A DNA stretch of 36,864 nucleotides from a virus. This document shows positions 23,867 through 32,865 of this stretch, in pieces. Position numbers and translations under genes: made by a program. Below the pieces are notes generated by a model. The model saw nothing but the letters and a program-made list of their open reading frames with translations. It did no database searches and was not told where the DNA came from. Position 1 is the stretch's first letter; each line of letters starts with the position of its first letter. The DNA lies in UHGV virus genome UHGV-0204638; one strand, written 5' to 3'.

Positions 23867-24805
23867 ATGACAAACGTTTTATCGAACGAAACATTGATCA
23901 AACAAATGAACGCAATCTTGAAAGCTGGTAACAACGTTACCTTACGTGAAGACAATGCTCGAGCGTTCTTCTTAGATGCAGTTGCAACTGCAGGAACTAT
24001 CGGGAAATTATTTGTCCATTTTGCCAAATCAGGGACAGGATCTTTGGATAAATTAGGTGTTAAAAAGCGTACATTGAAAAAACATCTAGGTATTAACACT
24101 GAAGATACTGGTACGGATATCAAAGAAGAAGACACAGTACCATTTTCTCTTGTTCCGGTTTACTTAGATACATGGATCGAGAACAGCAATACATTTTATA
24201 CCGCTCGTACTCGTGGGCAAGATGTCCGTCAAGCGTTACTTTCACTAATGCAAGCTCAGTATGCAGCGGATTTGCAAGATCTAGCATTTAATGGGGATGA
24301 ATCTTCATCTGATGCATTCGTGAAATTAAATGATGGTTACATCAAAATGGCTAAAGCATCTGCTGAAGTTAAAGTAGAAGGTACTAAATTGCCAACTATC
24401 CAAGAACTAACTGCTGCAACTGCTAGAATTGAACCGAAATATTTGCGTCAAGGATCATTTAAGTTCTTTATGTCTCAAGCGACAGCTACGAATTACGTTG
24501 TTGAACTACAAAATCGAAATACTACTTTGGGTGATGCAGTGCTCGTGGATGGTGCTCTACGCAATATCGGCGGATTTGGCGTCGAAGTTGTCGAGTCTAT
24601 GGAAAACAATGTAATTCTGTTTACTCCATACGAAAACCTAGCTGTAGTTTCTGGTTTAACTGTTACATTGACAACTGCTGCTCAAGACAGTCGTGCCGTT
24701 GCAAAACAGGCAACATATCACTTCATGCTTGATGATATTGACTTCATCATTCGTGAACCTAAAGCACTAGCTTACTTCGGTATTGACGCTACTCCAGAAG
24801 GATAA
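23867..24805 (+). CDS. Major capsid protein.
   Basis: 312 aa directly after the scaffold/protease gene. Strong RBS AAAGGGGGAA. Confidence 0.65.
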   Translation: MTNVLSNETLIKQMNAILKAGNNVTLREDNARAFFLDAVATAGTIGKLFVHFAKSGTGSLDKLGVKKRTLKKHLGINTEDTGTDIKEEDTVPFSLVPVYLDTWIENSNTFYTARTRGQDVRQALLSLMQAQYAADLQDLAFNGDESSSDAFVKLNDGYIKMAKASAEVKVEGTKLPTIQELTAATARIEPKYLRQGSFKFFMSQATATNYVVELQNRNTTLGDAVLVDGALRNIGGFGVEVVESMENNVILFTPYENLAVVSGLTVTLTTAAQDSRAVAKQATYHFMLDDIDFIIREPKALAYFGIDATPEG

Positions 24806-24825
24806 GAAAGGGAACGGTGAAAAAC

Positions 24826-25032
24826 ATGGCAAAATACAACGTTTTAAAAAAATTCCGTGATAAAGAAACTAAAGAAGTTTATGAAGCAGGGACGGTCATT
24901 GATATGACCGTTAAACGTGCTGAAGAAGTTGCTGTAAATCTAGATGACTCTTTCTTAGAACGTGCTGAAGAAAAGAAAGATGACAAGAAAGCCGGCAAAG
25001 ACGACCAGAAGGAAGACAAAAAAGAAAAGTAG
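24826..25032 (+). CDS. Small lysine/acidic-rich head-associated protein.
   Basis: 68 aa with a KDDKKAGKDDQKEDKKEK tail, located between the capsid and connector genes. Confidence 0.35.
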   Translation: MAKYNVLKKFRDKETKEVYEAGTVIDMTVKRAEEVAVNLDDSFLERAEEKKDDKKAGKDDQKEDKKEK

Positions 25033-25041
25033 GTGAAGATC

Positions 25042-25449
25042 ATGTCTGAACCTTATGTTGATGAAGTCTTTTATAAGGATGATTACGAGGGAACGCCTGT
25101 TGAAGCTGGGAACTTCTCTCGTCTATCCAAAAGGGCTTCGGACATTATTGACTCTTTGACAGATTATCAAGTGCCTAAAATCGGTTTGGATAAATTTTCC
25201 GAACATGTACAGCTGCTGATAAAAAAAGCTTGTTGTGCTCAAATTGAATACTATCAAGTTGAAGGTATAGATCTTGATGTTACAGGAAATACTTTGAGCG
25301 GTCAAAGCGCTTCTATCGGCGGGTTTAGCTATTCTAGCTCAACAACGTCAACGAGTAAGCAAGTTAATCGGGTCGCTCCGAGTTGTCTTTCATATTTAGA
25401 AGGAACCGGTCTTTTGAGAAAAAGGAGTGTGAGGATCGGTGTCATTTAA
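25042..25449 (+). CDS. Head-tail connector protein (gp6/gp15-like).
   Basis: Size and position fit. RBS AGGTGAAG. MSEPYVDEVFYKDDYEG is a typical connector N-terminus. Confidence 0.5.
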   Translation: MSEPYVDEVFYKDDYEGTPVEAGNFSRLSKRASDIIDSLTDYQVPKIGLDKFSEHVQLLIKKACCAQIEYYQVEGIDLDVTGNTLSGQSASIGGFSYSSSTTSTSKQVNRVAPSCLSYLEGTGLLRKRSVRIGVI

Positions 25450-25783
25450 GCCAATACCTAAACACTTGTTGATCCATGAGGTTATCTATCAAGCTACAAA
25501 GCCTGATGATGATGGCTCAATGGGAAGTGGTGAACTGCCTAAACCACAAAAGATTGAACATGTAAGGTTTACTCCTAAGAGAAAAAGAATTGTAAAAACG
25601 GATAATACAGAGGTTTTGACTAACGGCATTTTGTACGTCGATGCTGTTAATTCAAAACCTTTTGTAAATCCTAGCGAGGACGGAACAATTACATTTCAAA
25701 ACCGCAAACTAAAAATCGTTGAATGCTACGAGGTGTTCACTGACCAATTAAATCCACATCATATTGAGGTGATGTTGCAATGA
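25439..25783 (+). CDS. Head closure/head-tail adaptor protein (SPP1 gp16-like).
   Basis: 114 aa; IEHVRFTP...ILYVDAVNS pattern; gene order. Confidence 0.5.
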   Translation: MSFKPIPKHLLIHEVIYQATKPDDDGSMGSGELPKPQKIEHVRFTPKRKRIVKTDNTEVLTNGILYVDAVNSKPFVNPSEDGTITFQNRKLKIVECYEVFTDQLNPHHIEVMLQ

Positions 25784-26109
25784 GCGGGAGATTTGAAGGT
25801 AATTTCGATCGTATTGAGAGAGCTATCGAATCCGCTCTGAATCCGACATCAATCGCATTTGCTAAAGCGGCTAATCAGTATGTTAAGAAAGACACTGGTG
25901 CAACCGAAGCTAGTGTTTGGGTTGATAGTGATTTCCCAAAAGGAAAACTGGTATGGGGTACAGAGTATGCTGGGTACGCATATTATAGGGGAACTCCATC
26001 TAAAAACCACAATCCTCAAGCATCTATACGGTGGGCTGAGGTTGCGAAAGCTCAAGATATGGATGAAGTACTGGATGTGGCAGAAAAAGCAATTAAGGAG
26101 GCTCTGTGA
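25780..26109 (+). CDS. HK97 gp10-like tail-completion/minor capsid protein.
   Basis: YVKKDTGATEASVWVD motif. ATGA overlap. Confidence 0.5.
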   Translation: MSGRFEGNFDRIERAIESALNPTSIAFAKAANQYVKKDTGATEASVWVDSDFPKGKLVWGTEYAGYAYYRGTPSKNHNPQASIRWAEVAKAQDMDEVLDVAEKAIKEAL

Positions 26110-26543
26110 TGGATTTATTTGCACGAATTGCTGATCACTTACGCTTATTAGAACTTGAAACACCAAGAGTAACAAGCACTGGGAAGCAAATCATTCAAGA
26201 AGACAAACCTCCTCAGGACAATGAACGAGATTTATCTATACAAGGGATCGCATCCGGACAAGGACAGCAGGACTTGGCTAGAAACAGGCAAATTCCGTTC
26301 ATGGTTCAAATCATTATCAAAAACACAAATCAATCACAAGCTTTTAACGATGCTTGGAAGATTGCTGACAGCTTTGATAAGTTGCCAAGAAAAGAAAATG
26401 GTGAATGGGTCACACTTTGCTCGAGTGATGGCTCATTTTTGTTTGATTCGAGCGAAGTTTACACACAACCTAGAAATTTAGGTATACAAGAGCATGATGC
26501 ATATCTTTATGTACTCACTGTTCGATTAAATATAAGTAAATAG
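26106..26543 (+). CDS. Tail-completion/minor structural protein.
   Basis: Position between the gp10-like protein and the major tail protein. Overlapping start. Confidence 0.45.
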   Translation: MMDLFARIADHLRLLELETPRVTSTGKQIIQEDKPPQDNERDLSIQGIASGQGQQDLARNRQIPFMVQIIIKNTNQSQAFNDAWKIADSFDKLPRKENGEWVTLCSSDGSFLFDSSEVYTQPRNLGIQEHDAYLYVLTVRLNISK

Positions 26544-26554
26544 GAGGAAATTTC

Positions 26555-27061
26555 ATGAGAATGAATTTACAGTATTTTGCAGCTGGTGAAGGCTATTCAC
26601 CTAACTGGATGAACAAATATGAAATCGGTGTAGCTGCAACGGTTGGTGAAAACGGAAAACTTGTGCCACCCACGACCGTTCACGAACTAGCAGATGGTAT
26701 TCAGGAAGCAACACCTTCCCAAGATGAATCATCTGAAACATATGAATATTACGGTGATAAGGGTGGATCAAACACCGATATCACACGTGTTACTGGTGTT
26801 TATGCTTTTACAGGTCATCGAAAATATGCCACTGATGCAGCGCAAGAATTTGTACGCGATCGCTTAAACAAAGCTGGACAAGATCGAATTGTTTTCTTCC
26901 GTCATACTGAGCCAGATGGTCGTGTAATTCAAGGTAATGCTACCTTGTCAGGTATCGTTCATACCGGCGGGGGACCAAACAACCGTGGTAACTTTGAAAT
27001 GCAAGTATCTTTCAATGGTGTTCCAGAAGATACCAAACCAGATACAACCCCAGAAGGCTAG
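26555..27061 (+). CDS. Major tail protein.
   Basis: N-terminal MNLQYFA, strong RBS AGGAGG, a strong terminator downstream, and position before the chaperone pair and tape measure. Confidence 0.65.
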   Translation: MRMNLQYFAAGEGYSPNWMNKYEIGVAATVGENGKLVPPTTVHELADGIQEATPSQDESSETYEYYGDKGGSNTDITRVTGVYAFTGHRKYATDAAQEFVRDRLNKAGQDRIVFFRHTEPDGRVIQGNATLSGIVHTGGGPNNRGNFEMQVSFNGVPEDTKPDTTPEG

Positions 27062-27081
27062 TCATTGTACTAGCCTTTTTC
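27056..27081 (+). terminator. Rho-independent terminator after the major tail protein.
   Basis: GGCTAGT-cattgt-ACTAGCC followed by TTTTT. Confidence 0.65.
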
Positions 27082-27111
27082 TTTTACATAAAAAAATAGG
27101 AGGAATTACAA

Positions 27112-27516
27112 ATGTCAAAAAACAATTTAATCGAGGTAGGTTTTAAGAAGCAGGTTCAACAAGTAAGAATTGCGGGTTTAGATTTCGGTATAAAAACAGG
27201 TAAGAAATATCGTGATCAGTATTTGTCAGAATTACCCAAAATGCTTGAAGTTATTCAAGAGCAAGAAAAGGTTATTAAAACAGCTTCTGAATCAGGTGAT
27301 TACGAAGCAATCGTTGAAGCTAATAAGAAGGTTGAGTCCGTTGTCAAAGACGTTATTGATCTAGTGTTAGGTGAGGGGGCTTTCGATAAGCTGATGGATG
27401 CTGCAGATGATGAAATTGATTTAGTTGTCGGAGCATTCCTTGAAGTTGCCGATCAATACAAAAAGCTTCAAACGAAACAAAAAGCACAATCCTATATCGA
27501 CGGTAAAAAGAAATAG
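27112..27516 (+). CDS. Tail assembly chaperone (gpG-like).
   Basis: 134 aa, acidic, immediately upstream of the second chaperone and the tape measure. Confidence 0.55.
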   Translation: MSKNNLIEVGFKKQVQQVRIAGLDFGIKTGKKYRDQYLSELPKMLEVIQEQEKVIKTASESGDYEAIVEANKKVESVVKDVIDLVLGEGAFDKLMDAADDEIDLVVGAFLEVADQYKKLQTKQKAQSYIDGKKK

Positions 27517-27528
27517 AGGTGATGCTTT

Positions 27529-28224
27529 ATGGCATTATCTCTTGCTTGGGGTATTGATGATTCGGTCGTAATCAATGAAAACACTTATGAATTAAATCTT
27601 GAATTTTCTCGTGTTCTCCGATGGTACGAAATGTGGAAAGATCCCGAATTATCTAAAGAAGGAAAAGTACTATATTCCATTATCCTAATTTTATCTCATG
27701 ATTGGGGTGAAGAACTTCCCGAAACGATTGAAGAATTAGCAGAAATTATTCCGCAAGATGATTTAATTCCCTTATCAAACGCTATTATCAAAAGGATTGC
27801 TGGGGATCAATTTGAAAGCACAACAGTCAAACGTGACCTAAAAGGAAATATCTTAGAAGACGAGGAAAAGAAGTGGTATGAATTCGAACAGGATTCTGGC
27901 TACATCTATTCCTCTTTTTTGATGGATTATGGGATGGATTTGATGGTGGAAAGAAGCAAGGGAACACTGCATTGGGATAAGTTCAACCATTTATTAGCTG
28001 GTTTGTCTGATAATACCAAGTTCAAAAATGTCATCAAGATTCGCATGATGGAATACCCAGAAAAAGCCACACCAGATGAAATTGAAGAAATAAGAAAAGC
28101 AAAATTGGCGGTGGCTTTGAAAGAAGATCGAGCAAACTTGGAATTTGAAATGATGGATCTTAAGCAAAAACGTGAATACATGTTGAAAAAACAAGAAGAA
28201 AGAGGTGAGGTGAAGGATGAATGA
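27529..28224 (+). CDS. Tail assembly chaperone (gpT / Gp15-like). It is a separate ORF with no overlap to the upstream chaperone.
   Basis: 231 aa before the tape measure. The 12-nt gap from the previous gene means no classical G/GT frameshift overlap is visible. Confidence 0.5.
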   Translation: MALSLAWGIDDSVVINENTYELNLEFSRVLRWYEMWKDPELSKEGKVLYSIILILSHDWGEELPETIEELAEIIPQDDLIPLSNAIIKRIAGDQFESTTVKRDLKGNILEDEEKKWYEFEQDSGYIYSSFLMDYGMDLMVERSKGTLHWDKFNHLLAGLSDNTKFKNVIKIRMMEYPEKATPDEIEEIRKAKLAVALKEDRANLEFEMMDLKQKREYMLKKQEERGEVKDE

Positions 28225-31200
28225 TGGTTCCGTAATCATTGATGTCGAATTTAATACCGACAAAGCACGAAAGCAGTATCAAGATTTTGGTAATGAAGCG
28301 GCTCAACAGTTAGACAACAAGATTGGAAAGTCCAAAGCCTTCAACTCACTTTCTGAACAATCTGTTGAGTTTGCCAAAAAAGCTAGCTTGAGCATTTTAG
28401 CTGTCGGTACTGCTGTTGCCGGTTTTTCAATTAAATCAGCAGCTGATATGCAAGCTATGGATGCGCAATTCTCACAAGTATTCGGCAATTTGGAAAAGAA
28501 TGCTCAAAGCAGCATTGATTCAATCTCTAAAGAAACAAATATTCTGCCTAATCGTTTGAAACCCGCCTTCACTTCTATGGCAGCATTTGCAAAAACCACT
28601 GGGATGGATACAGCAGATGCATTAGATTTAACTAGCCGAGCAACTAAAGCGGCAGCCGACAGCGCTGCTTTTTATGATAAATCAATTGGCGAAGTCTCTG
28701 AGAGTTTACAGTCGTATTTAAAAGGAAACTACGAAAACGATGCAGCACTTGGGATTTCATCTACTGAAACAACACGAAATGCAGCTGCAAATAAGCTTTA
28801 CGGCAAATCATTTAACGACTTATCCGAAGCCCAGAAGCAGTTAACGCTTTTGCAAATGGTTGAGGATGGTAACAAGTTATCAGGAGCATTAGGACAAGCT
28901 GCACGTGAAGGCGGTGGTCTTGAGAACGTTATTGGAAACATGAAACAAGCTATCACTGATTTAGGGGCAGCTTTTGGTGCGCCATTGCTTGATCCATTTC
29001 TTGCAATTGTACAAAAAATTAGTGGAGCAATGGCAAAACTAGCAGAAGTGTTTAGAGAAAATCCTGCGCTAGTTTATGTCGTAGTGGGTGCCATAACTAC
29101 TTTAGCTGCAGCGTTTGGGGCTGTTTGGTTAAAAGCAGTTGGCTTTGCCAAGATCGGTTCGATGATAAGTACTGCTTTATCTGTTTTAGCGAGCCCGATA
29201 TTTCTTGTTATTGCAGCAATAGGTGCATTGGTAACTGCATTTATCTATTTTTACAACACGAGCGATACCTTTAGAGAAAAGGTTAATGGGGCGGTCAAGA
29301 CCTTACAATCTTTTATGGCTCCTATTGGAGATGTTATAGAAGGCATTAAGTTGCTGGCACAAGCTTTTAAAGCGATTGTTTTCAACGACTTCAGTGTAAG
29401 TCTTTCTGATTTACATGATCAGTTCGTCAAACTATTCCCCGAATCTCTGTGGAACGGTATGACATCGTTCGCACAAAGTACTAAAGGAATAGTACAAGGA
29501 ATTTCAACTCTTGCTAAAGCTTTCAAAGCAATAGCACTTGATGATTTCTCGGTAAGTGTAACCAATTTAAAAGCAGATTTTTTGGAGGTATTTCCTGAAA
29601 GCTTGTGGAACGGAATGACCAAAATCGCTTTAGGAATCCGCTCATTGGTAAACGGATTCAAAAGTGGTGAAAAATCAATAGATCCATTTGGAATTGCTCT
29701 TAAAATCCTGCAGTCAGTTTTTCTTGGACTACTTGGACCTATTGGATTGTTTATCAAAGCGTTTGAACTAATTGCAAAGGCTCTAGGAGGCGGAGATGTT
29801 TCTAAAGGAATCGATAAAATAATCGATGCTTTTGATTCTCTTGCATCGGGTCTAGAAAGCAATGGACCAAAAGTGGGAAGTTCTGCTGGCAAAGCAATTG
29901 AGGGCATTCTCGCTGCTATTGCTTCTGCATTACCTGGTATTATCTCAGGAGGATTGCAAATAGTTGCTGCTATTGTATCTGGAATTGCACAAGGTCTACC
30001 TTCACTAGCAATGTCTGCCAGTCAACTAATTATGGCGTTCACCGCAGCTATGCTTATTCTAGTACCGCAAATCGCTTTATCAGCAACAGCAATCATTGTG
30101 GCTTTATTAGCAGTTTTAACAGCAGGGCTACCACAAATCATTGTTGCTGGTGGAGCATTGATTCTGGCTTTACTGGATGGCATCACTGAGCAACTACCAG
30201 CCCTGATAGAATCGGCGGCGACTTTGATAGTAACATGGTTAACTGCATTGACAGAGCATGTTCCAGAAATAGTTGTAGCTGGGATGTCTCTAATAATTGC
30301 TATTCTTGATGGTATTGCCCAAAAGCTTCCAGATCTAGTAGCTGCTGTTGGCACACTGATTGTGACGTTCCTTACGGCATTATCAGGACAGTTGCCAAGT
30401 ATAGTAGCTGCAGGAGCGAACCTTTTAATTAATTTCTTGAGTGGTTTAGCTTCCAAGATGCCTGATATCGTTTCTGCAGCTCTAAATTTAATTGTTCAGT
30501 TCATAAATGGATTGGCTTCAAAAGCTCAAGATGTAATTAATGCAGGGGTTAATCTGATAGTGTCGATTTTGAACGGAATTGCAAATAACATCGATCGTAT
30601 TGTAACAGCTGGGATGAATATTGTTGATGCAACTGTTGAGGGTGTAATTAAAGCTCAAGATCGATTGTTTAAAGCTGCAATTCGTCTAGTGAATGGTATG
30701 GCTGATAATATTCGAAATAATCGTGATGAAATGATAAGTGCCGGTCGTAATCTATTGGATGCAATTATAGAAGGTATTCCTGGAAGCGGATTGGTTTCAG
30801 CAGGCTTTGACTTAATTATGGGATTAGCTAGAGGTATTGGAAATGCTGCTTCTGAAGCTGTTGAGAAAGCTAAATCGGTTGCTTCTGACATAGTTGGAGG
30901 AGTTAAGTCCTTCTTAGGTATCCATTCTCCTTCAAGAGTTATGCGTGATCAAGTAGGAAAGTTTATTCCAGAAGGAATTGCAGTTGGGATTGATAAAGGT
31001 GCAAAAACAGCACTTAAATCAATGGATAAGCTTTCACAGGACCTTTTGGATGCAACTTCAATGGAGTTTGCAAACCACATACCAGCAATGGATGCATTGA
31101 TAAATGGAAGACTGACACCGGAGCTAGTATCTAATATTGGGAAAAGTTCATCATCTTCAAATGCTGCTAATCAAATTATTAATAATAATTATCAGTCAAG

Positions 31201-31378
31201 TGACTTTGAAAATAAAATGGTTGATGCTGTTATAAAATTGGCCAATCGTCCCGCAATATTCAAACAAGAAGTTGATAAGCGCGAATTTTCCAGAATCTTT
31301 GCTGAGCCAATTAAGGAAGAACAAGCGACATCTGAATCTTTTAAAAATATGTTGAATGGGGTGAAACCAAAACGATGA
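28217..31378 (+). CDS. Tape measure protein.
   Basis: 1053 aa with hydrophobic segments, an internal tandem repeat of about 40 aa (AKAFKAI.FxDFSVS...FPESLWNGMT, twice) and a long periodic block of about 22 aa (LIxxLxxxLPxxV). Position between the chaperones and Dit. Confidence 0.85.
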   Translation: MNDGSVIIDVEFNTDKARKQYQDFGNEAAQQLDNKIGKSKAFNSLSEQSVEFAKKASLSILAVGTAVAGFSIKSAADMQAMDAQFSQVFGNLEKNAQSSIDSISKETNILPNRLKPAFTSMAAFAKTTGMDTADALDLTSRATKAAADSAAFYDKSIGEVSESLQSYLKGNYENDAALGISSTETTRNAAANKLYGKSFNDLSEAQKQLTLLQMVEDGNKLSGALGQAAREGGGLENVIGNMKQAITDLGAAFGAPLLDPFLAIVQKISGAMAKLAEVFRENPALVYVVVGAITTLAAAFGAVWLKAVGFAKIGSMISTALSVLASPIFLVIAAIGALVTAFIYFYNTSDTFREKVNGAVKTLQSFMAPIGDVIEGIKLLAQAFKAIVFNDFSVSLSDLHDQFVKLFPESLWNGMTSFAQSTKGIVQGISTLAKAFKAIALDDFSVSVTNLKADFLEVFPESLWNGMTKIALGIRSLVNGFKSGEKSIDPFGIALKILQSVFLGLLGPIGLFIKAFELIAKALGGGDVSKGIDKIIDAFDSLASGLESNGPKVGSSAGKAIEGILAAIASALPGIISGGLQIVAAIVSGIAQGLPSLAMSASQLIMAFTAAMLILVPQIALSATAIIVALLAVLTAGLPQIIVAGGALILALLDGITEQLPALIESAATLIVTWLTALTEHVPEIVVAGMSLIIAILDGIAQKLPDLVAAVGTLIVTFLTALSGQLPSIVAAGANLLINFLSGLASKMPDIVSAALNLIVQFINGLASKAQDVINAGVNLIVSILNGIANNIDRIVTAGMNIVDATVEGVIKAQDRLFKAAIRLVNGMADNIRNNRDEMISAGRNLLDAIIEGIPGSGLVSAGFDLIMGLARGIGNAASEAVEKAKSVASDIVGGVKSFLGIHSPSRVMRDQVGKFIPEGIAVGIDKGAKTALKSMDKLSQDLLDATSMEFANHIPAMDALINGRLTPELVSNIGKSSSSSNAANQIINNNYQSSDFENKMVDAVIKLANRPAIFKQEVDKREFSRIFAEPIKEEQATSESFKNMLNGVKPKR

Positions 31379-32865
31379 CATTTTCTGTAAATTTTAATGG
31401 GTATGAACTTGGAGAATATATTGAAGTGTTAAGAGGGTTCACTCCATTTATTGGTGCGAATTGGCAGCCTTCATTGTCAGATACAGAAGGAACCCCAAGA
31501 GGATCTGATTTTGAATACACAACATACAAGTCTAAAGTTATACCAATGCCATTTCTCATGAGAAATGATTTAGGTGAAAAGTATGATGAGTTACAGCGTA
31601 TTTTAAACGTATCTGAACCCAAACCTTTGATTTTCGGCAATCTCCCAAATAGAGTTTTCTATGCAATCCCCAAGGAAACAATCAGCTTTGATGAAATAGT
31701 TTTTTTAGGTAAGGGTACTATTAATTGGGTTATTCCTGAGAGTATTGCCCGATCAAAGATCGTACATCAGTTTCCGGCTACGCTCAATTCGGATGGTATT
31801 CTTGAGGCAATCGTAACAAACAACGGATCAGAATCCGCTTGGTTAGACTATGATATTCATATGAACCATGAAAATGGTTATATTGGAGTTGTTTCTGAGC
31901 ATGGTGCTATTCAGCTTGGAAAAGTTGATGAAACGGATACTGTACCGGCTGAAAAGTCTGAGTGGTTGGTGAATGCAATTGGTTTTGAGGCATTGAATAC
32001 TTGGACAACAAATGCTGGGTTCGTACCATTTAAACCATCAGATTTTGTCAAAGGTGGTTCTTGGAGATCAGAGATTAACAAAGGACAAACCTATCTTAAT
32101 TGGGCAAATCTTGGAACAGGGACTAAATATCATGGTGTAACCAAACAGTTACAACTGCCTGCCGATAGTCATGGAGAGGTCGGAGTTAGTGACAAGTGGG
32201 CTCTTCAATTTAAACCTTGGTTTGCGAATACACAAATTGAGGGTGGAGGAGTACAGGCAATTATCTTGGCTACTGCAGATGGAAAATATCGGACAGGCAT
32301 TATGATCCAAAAAGATCGCCGATGGAATAATAACTTCAAAATGATTGTGTTTGATGGTGGACTATCAAACGAAGGAGCCGCAACTACCAAATTTACTTCC
32401 AAGTATTTTGATTTAGCAGAAGCTAAGAACAAATTTACAGCTTGGGATAGTGGCATGTTCGAAATTTCCAAAAAAGGAAAGCAAATTGTCATTAAGTTTC
32501 CAGATGGAGGCACACATACAATTAATGATTCCGAGGATTCGATTAACTATACAAATGTGACAATCATGTCTGCTGCACATGGAAGCAGCACTCCTTTACG
32601 AAATATGGGGTGGCTTTATGTCAAGTTAAGAAAAGATAACGTGTATTATGACAAAGATGTTCCAAACCGTTTTGCAAAGTCAACGGATGTTTATATTGAC
32701 GGTGAAGCGGGAAAGGCTTATGAGAATGAGAAACCAATTGCACATGTAATCGGTAGCAATTTCTTTCTTGTACCGCCAGGAGAAACAAAGATTCAGTTTT
32801 CTTATTCAGACTTCAGCGATCCAAGACCTGATGTTGTAGTAAGTATGCGAGAGGTGTATGGATGA
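31375..32865 (+). CDS. Distal tail protein (Dit, Sipho_tail family), an extended 496-aa form.
   Basis: MTFSVNFNGYELGEYIEVLRGFTPFIG is a Dit-like N-terminus. Its length suggests an inserted carbohydrate-binding module. Confidence 0.65.
   Translation: MTFSVNFNGYELGEYIEVLRGFTPFIGANWQPSLSDTEGTPRGSDFEYTTYKSKVIPMPFLMRNDLGEKYDELQRILNVSEPKPLIFGNLPNRVFYAIPKETISFDEIVFLGKGTINWVIPESIARSKIVHQFPATLNSDGILEAIVTNNGSESAWLDYDIHMNHENGYIGVVSEHGAIQLGKVDETDTVPAEKSEWLVNAIGFEALNTWTTNAGFVPFKPSDFVKGGSWRSEINKGQTYLNWANLGTGTKYHGVTKQLQLPADSHGEVGVSDKWALQFKPWFANTQIEGGGVQAIILATADGKYRTGIMIQKDRRWNNNFKMIVFDGGLSNEGAATTKFTSKYFDLAEAKNKFTAWDSGMFEISKKGKQIVIKFPDGGTHTINDSEDSINYTNVTIMSAAHGSSTPLRNMGWLYVKLRKDNVYYDKDVPNRFAKSTDVYIDGEAGKAYENEKPIAHVIGSNFFLVPPGETKIQFSYSDFSDPRPDVVVSMREVYG

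Noticed and set aside
22869-24135. - strand ORFs antisense to the scaffold and capsid genes (22869..23285, 23414..23770, 23761..24135).
   Set aside because: They are embedded opposite strongly supported structural genes. The translations are Ser/Phe-rich low-complexity with no RBS.
27112-28224. Programmed -1 frameshift between the two tail chaperone genes (gpG/gpT-like).
   Set aside because: The two ORFs are separated by 12 nt and the second has its own RBS and ATG. No overlapping slippery heptamer is visible, so I do not call a frameshift product.
28303-30891. Several - strand ORFs (28303..28488, 29419..29907, 30022..30456, 30655..30891) antisense to the tape measure gene.
   Set aside because: They are Ala/Ser/Pro-rich translations of the antisense strand of a repetitive Ala/Gly/Leu-rich gene. 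No starts with an RBS.
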